This document shows, in pieces, positions 1 through 9,638 of a stretch of DNA of 64,000 nucleotides; within the stretch, counting starts at the first letter, position 1, and each line of letters begins with the position of its first letter. The notes beneath the pieces were generated by a model that made no database searches, was not told where the DNA came from, and was given only the letters and a program-made list of their open reading frames with translations. Source of the DNA: Candidatus Altimarinota bacterium. Its GTDB lineage: Bacteria; Patescibacteriota; Gracilibacteria; UBA1369. The stretch lies in assembly GCA_963677745.1 (NCBI GenBank), contig OY782391.1:160001-224000 (forward strand), read 5' to 3'. Position numbers and translations under genes: made by a program.

Positions 1-1943
1 TCAATATTGGTCATAACAACTTCTTCATTGATCAGAGGCTCGGTAACAACCGCAGGCTCAGCTGAAATAATGGTACCCAATTCAAACTGATTGCTGGCAC
101 CGGTAACTTTCTTCGCCATCTCCTCAGCCAATTGCTCAATTGATATTTCCTGCTGATAATCCTTCTTGAACTGTTCATACCTCTGCCGTGGCGTCGCCCC
201 TTTCTGGCTGGAACTTACATATTCCGGAGAGTTCAGGAATTTGCTGAACAAAGCGAAATCCTCCAGTCTGTCAGTAAACAGCGCTTTCACCGCCACCTGA
301 TAATCGGCCGGCAGTTCTATCTTGGAAATCTCCGAAAACAACAGTGCCAATATATTCTGGGCATCCGCCAACAGCGGAATTTTTCCGTCCAGATAGAAAT
401 TTTCCAGTTTTTTCAAAAAATCAATTCTCTGGGCAATCACGTTCTGAATTTCCTCTGCCCGGTCTTTACCTTTGGGTAAAAGCGTCAGATATTTATTTTC
501 CACAAACAATTTTTTGGTGAAATACTTTTCCCGATAAAGTGCAAAATATTGAGTAAATAAATTGTCCAGCCCCTGGTTTTGTCTCTGTACATAAGTAATA
601 TTCTCCGAGATTTCCTGCGGGTATTTATTAATCAGATCCTTGAAGGAAGTCATATAGGACTCGAAAACCTGATCCATGTTTTTGGTTTCAGTGCTTTCGG
701 CATAATACCCGATCGTGGAAAGAGTCTCTGTCAAAAACACAAACTTCATCGACAACTCCTCGGGTCTGCCTTTTATGGAATCCAGATAAATTTTTTCCAA
801 AACCTGTTTGAGTGAAAACAGGGAATCCACCGGATTGGCAAAGGAAAGATATTCATATTCAGCCTTTACCCTATCGATATAGCCCTGCTTTAAATCCTCC
901 CCGTATACCATAAAGAGCTCATTGGCCATAGTTGTGAAAGACTCCAGCCTGACCTGAGCTTCCTCTTTACGGCCGTTGTCAAAAAGATATTGCGCATCGT
1001 AGAGCAAATCATAAAGAGCATCCAGATTCCGTTTTCCCACTCTTTCATCTGAAAAAGTCAGTGTGTTGGAAAAATCCCTGATCGATTGATCAAGCTTGTA
1101 ATTGGAAGCGTCCAATGAAGAATATTTAAGTCCTCTGGTTCGTATTTTTTCCAGACGTTCGTTACGGATCTTTGTGGTAAGTGTCATATCCTTCTCGACA
1201 TTTAAACTTAACCACTGATCTGAAATCAAAGTTTTGACGTCAAACAGACTGTAATTGAACTCTTTTACCATCTTGGAAAAAAGCAGCTTGGAAATGGTCG
1301 TCATGTTTTCCTTTACCTTGTCGGCATAAACGGTGGAAGTGGTACCCTGCGGCAAATAAAGTTTGTTCAAAATCTCAGCATTGTTTTCATCAATTACTTT
1401 ATTGGACTCATAATCGGTCGCGACCAGCGCCAAAACAGCATCGTTTTTATTTATATATACTGAGGCAACCCCTTCTTTTTGTTCGGCAAAAACGATACTC
1501 TGACCGGGAAACACAACCGCCGCCTCCAGAGACAAATTCACATCGGCATTACTATAAAGATTGTTCAACCAGATCCTCCCCTGTCTGACCTGAAAAGTAT
1601 ATTTCATTGTCTCGTTGTCCTGGAAAGAAAGCAGGACTTTTGTCTGCCGGTCCAACCGCAATTCGCCGCCCCGGGCAAATTTGAGTACAACGTTATCTGC
1701 CGTTTTTGAATCAACAATGTCGCCGGTTTCCAGTGGCTTTCCGTCACTCAACAGTTTTTCCTCTCCGGCCCGATTTACGGAAACTCTTTCCTTGTCATCC
1801 ATACTGATCACCACTTGACTGCCCCTCTCCGAAGAGACCACCATGGTCAATCCTCCCTCATAAAAAAACGACCAGACAAACAACATCAGGGCCAATCCCA
1901 TCAGGACCAGAAGGTGAACCAGTTTTGACAGCAATTTTTTCAT
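1..1943 (-). CDS. Membrane-anchored FecR-like domain protein with long helical C-terminal region (partial, runs off window start; not in supplied ORF track)
   Basis: Read by hand from ATG 1943: MKKLLSKLVHLLVLMGLALMLFVWSFFY (TM), then LETGDIVDSKTADNVVLKFARGGELRLDRQTKV...VRQGRIW (FecR-like beta pattern); frame appears open to position 1. Confidence 0.7.
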   Translation of the reverse strand, partial: MKKLLSKLVHLLVLMGLALMLFVWSFFYEGGLTMVVSSERGSQVVISMDDKERVSVNRAGEEKLLSDGKPLETGDIVDSKTADNVVLKFARGGELRLDRQTKVLLSFQDNETMKYTFQVRQGRIWLNNLYSNADVNLSLEAAVVFPGQSIVFAEQKEGVASVYINKNDAVLALVATDYESNKVIDENNAEILNKLYLPQGTTSTVYADKVKENMTTISKLLFSKMVKEFNYSLFDVKTLISDQWLSLNVEKDMTLTTKIRNERLEKIRTRGLKYSSLDASNYKLDQSIRDFSNTLTFSDERVGKRNLDALYDLLYDAQYLFDNGRKEEAQVRLESFTTMANELFMVYGEDLKQGYIDRVKAEYEYLSFANPVDSLFSLKQVLEKIYLDSIKGRPEELSMKFVFLTETLSTIGYYAESTETKNMDQVFESYMTSFKDLINKYPQEISENITYVQRQNQGLDNLFTQYFALYREKYFTKKLFVENKYLTLLPKGKDRAEEIQNVIAQRIDFLKKLENFYLDGKIPLLADAQNILALLFSEISKIELPADYQVAVKALFTDRLEDFALFSKFLNSPEYVSSSQKGATPRQRYEQFKKDYQQEISIEQLAEEMAKKVTGASNQFELGTIISAEPAVVTEPLINEEVVMTNI

Positions 1944-1971
1944 TTGGACAAAGGCATAATTCAATCCCTAC

Positions 1972-2001
1972 ATTATACCCTTTTTTAGTCCTTTTGGTCA
2001 A
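1972..2001 (-). promoter_or_regulatory. Putative sigma70 promoter for the FecR-like gene
   Basis: TTGACC-18 nt-TATAAT on minus strand, ~30 nt upstream of ATG 1943. Confidence 0.55.
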
Positions 2002-2084
2002 TTTCGGAACAACCTTTTCCGGGTAATTTTACTTACAGGTCAAAAAGAGTAAAATACAAACATCCAAAAGACTAAAAACAACAA

Positions 2085-3869
2085 ATGAAAAGCTACAAAA
2101 AGCCATTTTCTGCCTTTACGGTCAGCCTTGCCATATTCCTGAATTTCAGTCTGACACCCGCCCTGCAGGCACTGTCCATTACCGATATTAAAGATGTTTC
2201 CCCAAAAGATCCACGCGTCGGAATGTTCATCGACCTTATTGAAAATGGGGCTTTTTCTCTGGATAGAAGGGGTGATTTTCGACCGGCGGAAGCGATTTCC
2301 CGGGCCGCCTTTTTGAAAGCCTCCCTCAGCTATCTGGGCTTCAAACCGGTCAAAACGCTTAATTCATTCACCGGCTACAGCGACGTACCGGAAAACAGCT
2401 GGTTTGCCCCATATGTTAAAAAAGCACTGGAAATCAGAGCCCTTACCAATAATCTTAATGACCGTTTTTATCCCGAACAAAGCCTGACCCGCCAGGAAGG
2501 ACTGCTTTTGATCATGAGAATTTACGGTCTGCCTATCCCCCTGACCGCACCAGACTCCTCCGAACTTTATTCCGACATCCGCCCCAATCATCCACTGGCC
2601 TCGGTTTATGCAGCGGCAAAATCACATTATCTGTATTTTGAAAAAGACCAGGAAGCTTTTCGGCCCAATCTGCTACTGACCAGAGGCGATGCGGCCGACC
2701 TGCTCTTCAAAGCCAAAATTGCCTCCCAACTGTTAACTCCGAACGATCATCCCTACGGTTCGGTTACCATTTCGGTTTCCAGTCCCAGTCCGGTGGATGA
2801 CAGCCAAACCGATCTTCTGGAAAATGAGAAATTTGGCATTCTGCTCGACACTTGGAGCAAAATCAACACACAATTCGTTTATACCGAAAAAGTTTCCCAG
2901 GACAAGCTTGTTTACGGGGCAATCGGTGGAATGGTAGACAGTCTTGATGACGCTTATTCCACATTTAACAGTCCCGACGCCGACGGTTCATCCTACATTT
3001 ATATTCCTGAAGATTACGAAGGTATCGGCGCAGTGATCGAACAAACCGACGGCAATTTCATCATTCTCACCACTCTCAACAATTCCCCCGCCTATCGGGC
3101 CGGACTTAAAAGCAAGGATATCATTCAGGAAATTGACGGGAAAAGCCTGACCGGCCTGACCTATGAACAGGTAACATCACTGATCAAAGGACGGGCGGGC
3201 ACCACCGTAAAATTGAAAATCAAACGTGATTCCACCCTGCTTAACTTTGAAATCGTACGGGAAAAAATCACCATAGAAGCCCTCCAATGGAAAACCGTCG
3301 GCAATAATATCAACTATCTGCGAATCGATCAGTTCACCGAATCAAGCGGCCAGGAATTTGCCGATTATCTGGTTGAAATGCAGAAGGCCGGTTCCAAGAA
3401 ATTGATCGTAGATCTGCGCAACAATCCCGGGGGCTATCTGACCAGCACCCAGGATATACTCGGACATTTTTTAACCGACGGACAGGTGGAATTTTATACG
3501 GTGGACCGCAATAACAACAGAACCCAATACCTTTCCAACGGACTGGGGGAATTAAAAGACTATCAAGTTGTGGTACTGGTGAATGAAGGTTCAGCATCTG
3601 CTTCTGAAATTTTTGCCGGCGCCCTGCAGGACTATCAGCTGGCCCACCTCATCGGAAACACTACCTTCGGCAAAGGAAGCGTCCAGGAAATTACCAATTA
3701 CAGCGACAATTCCAGTCTCAAACTGACCATCGCCAAGTGGCTCACGCCCAAACTCCGGGATATTAATCATGTCGGTCTGGTACCCGATCAATCGGTAACC
3801 ATTTCCGATCAGCAAAAACAGCTGGGCCTGGATCCCCAACTTACCGCAGCCATCCAATATCTGAACTGA
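2085..3869 (+). CDS. S41 carboxyl-terminal processing protease (PDZ + catalytic domain) with three N-terminal SLH domains
   Basis: Signal peptide; three SLH-like motifs (FRPAEAISRA, SDVPENSWFAPYV..FYPEQSLTRQE, FRPNLLLTRGDAA); PDZ (YEGIGAVI..SPAYRAGLKSKD); DLRNNPGG, SASASEIFAGAL, TFGKGSVQ. Confidence 0.92.
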   Translation: MKSYKKPFSAFTVSLAIFLNFSLTPALQALSITDIKDVSPKDPRVGMFIDLIENGAFSLDRRGDFRPAEAISRAAFLKASLSYLGFKPVKTLNSFTGYSDVPENSWFAPYVKKALEIRALTNNLNDRFYPEQSLTRQEGLLLIMRIYGLPIPLTAPDSSELYSDIRPNHPLASVYAAAKSHYLYFEKDQEAFRPNLLLTRGDAADLLFKAKIASQLLTPNDHPYGSVTISVSSPSPVDDSQTDLLENEKFGILLDTWSKINTQFVYTEKVSQDKLVYGAIGGMVDSLDDAYSTFNSPDADGSSYIYIPEDYEGIGAVIEQTDGNFIILTTLNNSPAYRAGLKSKDIIQEIDGKSLTGLTYEQVTSLIKGRAGTTVKLKIKRDSTLLNFEIVREKITIEALQWKTVGNNINYLRIDQFTESSGQEFADYLVEMQKAGSKKLIVDLRNNPGGYLTSTQDILGHFLTDGQVEFYTVDRNNNRTQYLSNGLGELKDYQVVVLVNEGSASASEIFAGALQDYQLAHLIGNTTFGKGSVQEITNYSDNSSLKLTIAKWLTPKLRDINHVGLVPDQSVTISDQQKQLGLDPQLTAAIQYLN

Positions 3870-3870
3870 T

Positions 3871-6543
3871 CTATTCGTAGGTCTCGGTAGTGGTGGTACC
3901 CAGATTGCGCAAAATTTCTTCCGGATTGGTTGTCACAATCTTGTCCTCTGTATAAGAGGCAATAATCTGCATCGCCACGTGTTTCATACCGGCAAAAAAC
4001 AGCCCCTGTCCGACACCGGAATTGAGCAGCATATACTTCTCCCCTTCTGTCAGATTGAAAGTCTTTTGCAAAACCGCAATAGAAGCCGGCGACTGTTTGA
4101 GCAGCAGCGCCATCGCGGAATTGGAAACAATTGGTTTTCCATAGGGTGACTTCATAAAGTCCTCCACATCCTGATTGATCACCGTTATGCCCAGATAATA
4201 TTTTCTGGCCCTCTTGACCAGCCCGAACAAAAATTTGGCGGAATCTTCATGTTGCATCATCGTCCAGGCTTCATCCACGATCATCAAACGCTTTTTCATG
4301 GCAGACCGGACCCTGCTCCAGATAAAATTCAAAATAATATACATGGCTATCGGTCTCAGAGCATCCTCCAGATCACGAATCGAGAACACCATCAGACCGC
4401 TTTTCAGATCGACATTGGTCGGTTTGTTGAAAATACCCGAATAAGTACCTTTTGTGTATTTTTCCAGACGCTGCGCCAGATCGGTGGCCCCCTCCATATT
4501 AATAAGCAGGGCATGCAAATCCTCCATGGTCGGCACGGGCAGGTTGGAAGGATCGACAATTTCCATGGTTATCCCTTTCAGGGAGTATACGTCGTTAAGA
4601 GCCTTATCGATAATTCCCTCCTCAGCAGGAGTCAGTCCTCCCAGCATAATTTTCAATAAACCGTGCAGATTGATGATATTGGACCGGAGCAAATCCCCCG
4701 GCTGCAATTCCTCATCCTTGAGCGGAGCGGGCAGATCAAACGGATTGATGCGACGGTCGGAAGTCAGTGAAACGCGCAGATATGCTCCCCCCACGGTCTT
4801 GGCCAGTTCTTCGTACTCATTTTCGGGGTCAATCACGATCACATCCACGCCCAGCATCAGATAACGAACAATTTCCAGTTTTACCGAGTAAGACTTTCCG
4901 GCGCCGGAGATGGCAAACACCACCGAATTGGCATTGGGCAGACTGAAACGGTCAAAAATAACCAGTGAATCGTTATGACGGTTCAAACCGTAAAGAATGC
5001 CTTCATTACTGGTCAAATCGGAAGAACTGAAAGGAAATGTTGTCGACAGCGGGCCGGTATTCATATTTCTGAATACTTCCAGTTCGTCCAGGCAAAGCGG
5101 GGTTGTGGAATTAAAACCGTGCTCCATCCGCAGATCGGCCCGCTTGGTAAGAATGAGCTTGGAGCCCAGTATTGATTCCAGTTGTTTGGAAATACGGTCA
5201 ATTTTTTTAAGCTCATCGGCATAAATGGTAATATACATCGCAAACTGGAAAAATTTTTCCTGTCCGCGCTGAATTTCCGTGCGCAGTTGTTCGGCATCCT
5301 CGTAAGCGGTTTCCAGTGCGGGATCACGAATCATACCTTTCTCCGCATTCAAACTCATGGCAGCCTGCATCTGGGTTACCTTCTTGGACAATATTTTCAT
5401 TATCTTCGCCGAATCGATCGGATAGATAAACTGGGCAATATCCATGGTTGCGTCAAAATTGACGATCGGCGACATCCAGTTCGTATCCAGATAGCGGGGA
5501 TACGAATAAACCATAAAGGTACGTGCAAACGTGCCCTCAACCTTTAAATTGTCATAATTGATTTCAAATGATGATGGAGCAATCAGATCTCTAACCGTAG
5601 CCATTCCTTCCTGAAAGATCTTTTCCGCCTCCATCAAATTTTTATGTTCCTCCGCCAGTTCTTTTTGCGATTCCTTGCCGGTGGCGGTTTTGGCATACTG
5701 TCTGGCCGCTTTACTCATCTCAAAGTTCTCCAGCGTGATTTCCGCTTCATCCACACCGGCGGACTTTCCTTTCTCCACCTCTTCTCCCGCGGTTTTTACG
5801 GCACCGGCCAGGCCTTTTGACAGATTGGCAAACAAATCCGCCTTGGTTTTGGCATCTGTTTTTGCTTTTTCCTCAAGGACCTTCTCTCCCGCAACTTTTT
5901 CCTTCAGGGCTTTTTCATCCGCTTCCTTTTGTTCAGTTTTTTCCTGTTTAATTAATTTATCCTCCGGCTTCTTGGCAATTTCCGGAGAGACTGTCTGTAT
6001 CAATTTATTATCCACCGGCACACTCGCCACCGGTTTTTCGGGTTCAGCTTTAGGCTCGGATTTCTGCTCAGCCTGTAGAGGAACTTCTTTTAAATCCTTT
6101 AACCAGTCCGGAACTTTTTCCGCGGAGGATGATGCTGCCGGTACCGCAGCGGTCGTTGTAAGCGGATTCGTCGCAGATGTGGAGACCGGTGTTGCTGTCG
6201 GTATGGAGGCCGGCGCCGGCTTTTCGACGGCGGGGGCAGAAACAGGAGCAACCGCTCCGGCATTTTCTTCTCCTTCAAATTTCAGTCCCTCCAGAGCCTT
6301 CTCCTCTTTTTTCAACGCTTCATCTTCCGGACTTCTGACCACATTCTCCAATACCTGTTTTCCCTCATCGTTGAATTTTGCGTTTTCCTCATGAGATTTC
6401 AAAGCCAGCAGTTGTTGTACCGCACCGGACTCCTTTTGGGCAGATTCCGCATTTGTTTCCTGGGCTTTCTTAAGCCACGAAGGAACAAAGTTCCCCGTCC
6501 CACCACCGGTTCCGTTATTTCCCGTCACATTGTTTTCGGCCAT
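3871..6543 (-). CDS. VirB4-like type IV secretion ATPase with ~300-aa low-complexity N-terminal extension
   Basis: Walker A ISGAGKSY, VIDPENEY, INPFDL, Walker B IVDEAW, RARKYYLGITVINQDVEDF. Confidence 0.9.
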   Translation of the reverse strand: MAENNVTGNNGTGGGTGNFVPSWLKKAQETNAESAQKESGAVQQLLALKSHEENAKFNDEGKQVLENVVRSPEDEALKKEEKALEGLKFEGEENAGAVAPVSAPAVEKPAPASIPTATPVSTSATNPLTTTAAVPAASSSAEKVPDWLKDLKEVPLQAEQKSEPKAEPEKPVASVPVDNKLIQTVSPEIAKKPEDKLIKQEKTEQKEADEKALKEKVAGEKVLEEKAKTDAKTKADLFANLSKGLAGAVKTAGEEVEKGKSAGVDEAEITLENFEMSKAARQYAKTATGKESQKELAEEHKNLMEAEKIFQEGMATVRDLIAPSSFEINYDNLKVEGTFARTFMVYSYPRYLDTNWMSPIVNFDATMDIAQFIYPIDSAKIMKILSKKVTQMQAAMSLNAEKGMIRDPALETAYEDAEQLRTEIQRGQEKFFQFAMYITIYADELKKIDRISKQLESILGSKLILTKRADLRMEHGFNSTTPLCLDELEVFRNMNTGPLSTTFPFSSSDLTSNEGILYGLNRHNDSLVIFDRFSLPNANSVVFAISGAGKSYSVKLEIVRYLMLGVDVIVIDPENEYEELAKTVGGAYLRVSLTSDRRINPFDLPAPLKDEELQPGDLLRSNIINLHGLLKIMLGGLTPAEEGIIDKALNDVYSLKGITMEIVDPSNLPVPTMEDLHALLINMEGATDLAQRLEKYTKGTYSGIFNKPTNVDLKSGLMVFSIRDLEDALRPIAMYIILNFIWSRVRSAMKKRLMIVDEAWTMMQHEDSAKFLFGLVKRARKYYLGITVINQDVEDFMKSPYGKPIVSNSAMALLLKQSPASIAVLQKTFNLTEGEKYMLLNSGVGQGLFFAGMKHVAMQIIASYTEDKIVTTNPEEILRNLGTTTTETYE

Positions 6544-6576
6544 ATTTTGGCTTGGCGATACTTATTAAATCCCTTT

Positions 6577-6634
6577 ATTCTACCTTAAAAAGCCTATTTT
6601 TTCAATTGGCCGGAAAAACAACTTGTGCTAAACT
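6577..6634. promoter_or_regulatory. Back-to-back divergent sigma70 promoters for the VirB4-like gene and gyrA
   Basis: Minus: TTGAAA(6605-6600)-17-TAGAAT(6582-6577); plus: TTGGCC(6606-6611)-17-TAAACT(6629-6634) with extended TG. Confidence 0.6.
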
Positions 6635-6664
6635 GTCGCCGAATCCAATTCAACACGTTTTAAA

Positions 6665-9229
6665 ATGGCAGAAAATAGCACAAATCAAGACAAATCCCCT
6701 ACCCAGCCTGAAAGCGCTTCGGGAGGAGAATTGTTTAAAGATTATACTTTACGCAACATTACCACCGAAATGGAAAGCTCATATTTGGACTACGCCATGA
6801 GCGTAATAGTCCAGAGAGCTCTACCTGACGTCCGCGACGGACTTAAACCCGTACACCGGCGCATTCTGTTTGCCATGAATGAAATCGGGTTACGGTCCAA
6901 CGCGACTTTCAAGAAATCCGCCAAGGTAGTTGGTGAAGTTCTTGGTAAATACCATCCGCACGGCGATTCCTCCGTCTATCTGGCCATGGTCAGAATGGCC
7001 CAGGATTTTGCCATGCGCTATATGCTGGTCCACGGCCAAGGAAACTTCGGATCAATTGACGGAGACTCTCCGGCAGCCATGCGTTATACGGAAGCCAAAA
7101 TGGCCAAGATTTCCGACGAAATGCTTTTTGATATTGATAAAGAAACCGTCGACTGGGTCGACAATTATGATGCCTCCACCAAAGAACCAAGCGTCCTGCC
7201 AACCAGAATCCCCAATCTGTTATTGAACGGATCATCCGGTATCGCCGTCGGTATGGCAACTTCGATCCCGCCGCACAATCTGAAAGAACTCAACCAGGGA
7301 ATCCTGCATCTGATCGACCATCCCGAGTGCAGCATTGACGATCTGATGAAATACATCAAAGGTCCCGATTTCCCGACTTCCGGAATTATTTATGACGTCA
7401 ACGCCATCAAAACGGCCTATTCCACTGGCCGCGGCGGAATTATCATGAGAGCCAGAGCCGGCATCGAAGAGCGAAAAAACGGGCGTTTCCAAATCATCAT
7501 CACCGAGCTGCCCTATCAGGTCAACAAAGCCGACTTGATTACCAAAATAGCCGACCTGGTACGCGACAAAAAAATAGTCGGTATCAGCGATCTGCGCGAT
7601 GAGTCCAAAAAGGACATCCGCATTGTGATTGAACTGAAAAAAGAAGCCTATCCCAAAAAACTGCTCAATCAGCTGTACAAGCTGACCACCATGCAATCAA
7701 CCTTCAACTTTAACATGATCGCCCTGGTGGAAGGAGGTCTTCAGCCGAAACTGTTGGATCTCAAGCAAATCCTGGAGCATTTCATTACACACCGCGTAAC
7801 CGTCATCCGCCGACGCACCGAGTATGATCTGAAAATTGCCAAAGCCCGCGCCCACATTCTGGAAGGTCTGAAGATTGCACTTGATCACATCGATGCCATC
7901 ATCGAAACCATCAAAAAGTCCGCTACCAAGGAGGATGCCCAGATAGCTTTGATGAAGAAATTCAAACTTTCGGAACTTCAGTCCAAAGCCATCCTGGAAA
8001 TGAAACTGCAGACGCTGGCCGGACTGGAAAGACAAAAAATTGAAGACGAACTGGCCGAAAGACTGGCTTTTATCGCCGAAATGGAAGATATCCTGGCCAA
8101 TGAAGGCAAGATCATCGATCTGATCCGCACCGAAACCAAAGAAATGTCCAAAACCTACGGAGATGACCGCAAGACTGAGATTGTTCCCAACGCCATCGGC
8201 AAATTCTCCAGCAAGGACACCATCCCCAACGAACCAATGATTGTCATGATGTCCCGCGAAAATTACATCAAGAGAATCCCTTCCAACACCTTCCAGTCGC
8301 AGGGACGCGGCGGCAAGGGAATTATCGGGGCGACTACCAAAGAAGAGGACGAAATCAGCATCATGATGCAGTGCAACAACCATGATGATTTGTTGTTCTT
8401 CACCAATCTGGGCCGGGTCTTCCGACTGCCGGTTTATGAATTGCCGCAGGCCTCCCGCACTGCCAAAGGCACCCCTGTCGTCAATCTGCTGCAACTTTCC
8501 GACAATGAAATCGTTACCGGCATACTTCCCACCGGGGAAAAACTGACCGGATCACACCTGTTGATGTGCACCACCCGGGGAACGGTAAAAATGACCAAAG
8601 TTGAGGATTTTTCCAATGTCCGCAAATCCGGTCTGATTGCCATCAAACTGCGTGAAGGCGATATGCTGCACTGGGTCAGACAGATCAACAAAGACAATGA
8701 AATCATGATCGTGACCAGAGACGGCAAATCAATCCGCTTCAGCGAGGCTGACATTACCCCGACCGGACGCTCCTCAATGGGCGTGCGCGGTATCAAAATC
8801 AAAGCCGGAGACACCGTGGTTGATATGGACGTGGTGAAAGATCTCAAGAAATCACATCTGCTGGTCATCATGGAAAACGGTTTGGGCAAATCTTCACTGA
8901 TTACCGATTACCGCTTCCAGACACGCGGCGGCAGCGGAGTCAAAACTGCCAATATCACCGCTAAAACCGGGAAAATCGTCGGAGCCAAAATCATCGATGA
9001 AAATGCCGCCGGCGATCTGATCATCATTTCCAAAATGGGTCAGGTAATCAGGCTCCCGCTCAAATCAATCCCCACTCAGGGCCGGGCCACCCAGGGTGTA
9101 TATCTGATGCGTATGAATGCCAGCGATCTGGTAGCATCCACCACCATGGTTGAGGAAACCAAGAAAGTCGAACGCCAGCCCGAGGAAGTTTTGGAAGAGG
9201 ACGGAAAAAAACAGCCCGCACTCTCATAA
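6665..9229 (+). CDS. gyrA: DNA gyrase subunit A
   Basis: [31 protein letters not shown] (catalytic Tyr), GyrA-box QGRGGKG, C-terminal pinwheel repeats. Confidence 0.98.
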   Translation: MAENSTNQDKSPTQPESASGGELFKDYTLRNITTEMESSYLDYAMSVIVQRALPDVRDGLKPVHRRILFAMNEIGLRSNATFKKSAKVVGEVLGKYHPHGDSSVYLAMVRMAQDFAMRYMLVHGQGNFGSIDGDSPAAMRYTEAKMAKISDEMLFDIDKETVDWVDNYDASTKEPSVLPTRIPNLLLNGSSGIAVGMATSIPPHNLKELNQGILHLIDHPECSIDDLMKYIKGPDFPTSGIIYDVNAIKTAYSTGRGGIIMRARAGIEERKNGRFQIIITELPYQVNKADLITKIADLVRDKKIVGISDLRDESKKDIRIVIELKKEAYPKKLLNQLYKLTTMQSTFNFNMIALVEGGLQPKLLDLKQILEHFITHRVTVIRRRTEYDLKIAKARAHILEGLKIALDHIDAIIETIKKSATKEDAQIALMKKFKLSELQSKAILEMKLQTLAGLERQKIEDELAERLAFIAEMEDILANEGKIIDLIRTETKEMSKTYGDDRKTEIVPNAIGKFSSKDTIPNEPMIVMMSRENYIKRIPSNTFQSQGRGGKGIIGATTKEEDEISIMMQCNNHDDLLFFTNLGRVFRLPVYELPQASRTAKGTPVVNLLQLSDNEIVTGILPTGEKLTGSHLLMCTTRGTVKMTKVEDFSNVRKSGLIAIKLREGDMLHWVRQINKDNEIMIVTRDGKSIRFSEADITPTGRSSMGVRGIKIKAGDTVVDMDVVKDLKKSHLLVIMENGLGKSSLITDYRFQTRGGSGVKTANITAKTGKIVGAKIIDENAAGDLIIISKMGQVIRLPLKSIPTQGRATQGVYLMRMNASDLVASTTMVEETKKVERQPEEVLEEDGKKQPALS

Positions 9230-9236
9230 ATTTCAC

Positions 9237-9265
9237 TTGCGCAATTAACTCTTTATCATTAATAT
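9237..9265 (+). promoter_or_regulatory. Putative sigma70 promoter for rpmE-tgt-ruvA
   Basis: TTGCGC-17-TAATAT. Confidence 0.6.
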
Positions 9266-9293
9266 TCGCTTACTTTTTAAGACTTAAGTCGTC

Positions 9294-9632
9294 ATGAAAG
9301 ATAAAATTCATCCCAAGTTAAATAAGGTTGTTTTCGTTGATGTGATGAGCGGCGCGGAATTTGTCACCACCTCCACCCTGAAATCCGACGAAATCAAAAA
9401 AATTGATGGAATAGAACACTTTGTTCTGAAAGTGGAAACCTCTTCCGCCTCCCATCCTTTCTACACCGGCAAACGCCGCAGCGATGTCCGCAACGATCAG
9501 GTAGCCAAGTTTATCGCCAGAGTCGCCAAAGCCCAGGATAAAAACAAGCCAAAAACTGTCAAAGAAGAAGAGCTGGAAAAACCTGTTAAAAAAGCAGCGA
9601 AAAAAGTGTCAGCCAAAAGTAAAAAGGCCTAA
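9294..9632 (+). CDS. rpmE: 50S ribosomal protein L31 (type B, Cys-less) with Lys-rich C-terminal tail
   Basis: MKDKIHP, VETSSASHPFYTGK; no CxC/CxxC. Confidence 0.93.
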   Translation: MKDKIHPKLNKVVFVDVMSGAEFVTTSTLKSDEIKKIDGIEHFVLKVETSSASHPFYTGKRRSDVRNDQVAKFIARVAKAQDKNKPKTVKEEELEKPVKKAAKKVSAKSKKA

Positions 9633-9638
9633 ATCCGC

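Noticed and set aside
1-3869. FecR anti-sigma plus protease signalling module
   Set aside because: The FecR-like protein has only a few residues before its TM helix, so no cytoplasmic anti-sigma domain, and no ECF sigma is in view
3871-6543. Integrative conjugative element around the VirB4-like gene
   Set aside because: Flanked by ctp protease and gyrA; no relaxase, coupling protein, integrase or att repeats visible
5675-8494. Long antisense/alternate-frame ORFs (e.g. 5675-6394, 7697-8494; also 21998-22789, 46823-47674, 56557-57252)
   Set aside because: Shadows of well-supported genes on the opposite strand, with no protein motifs
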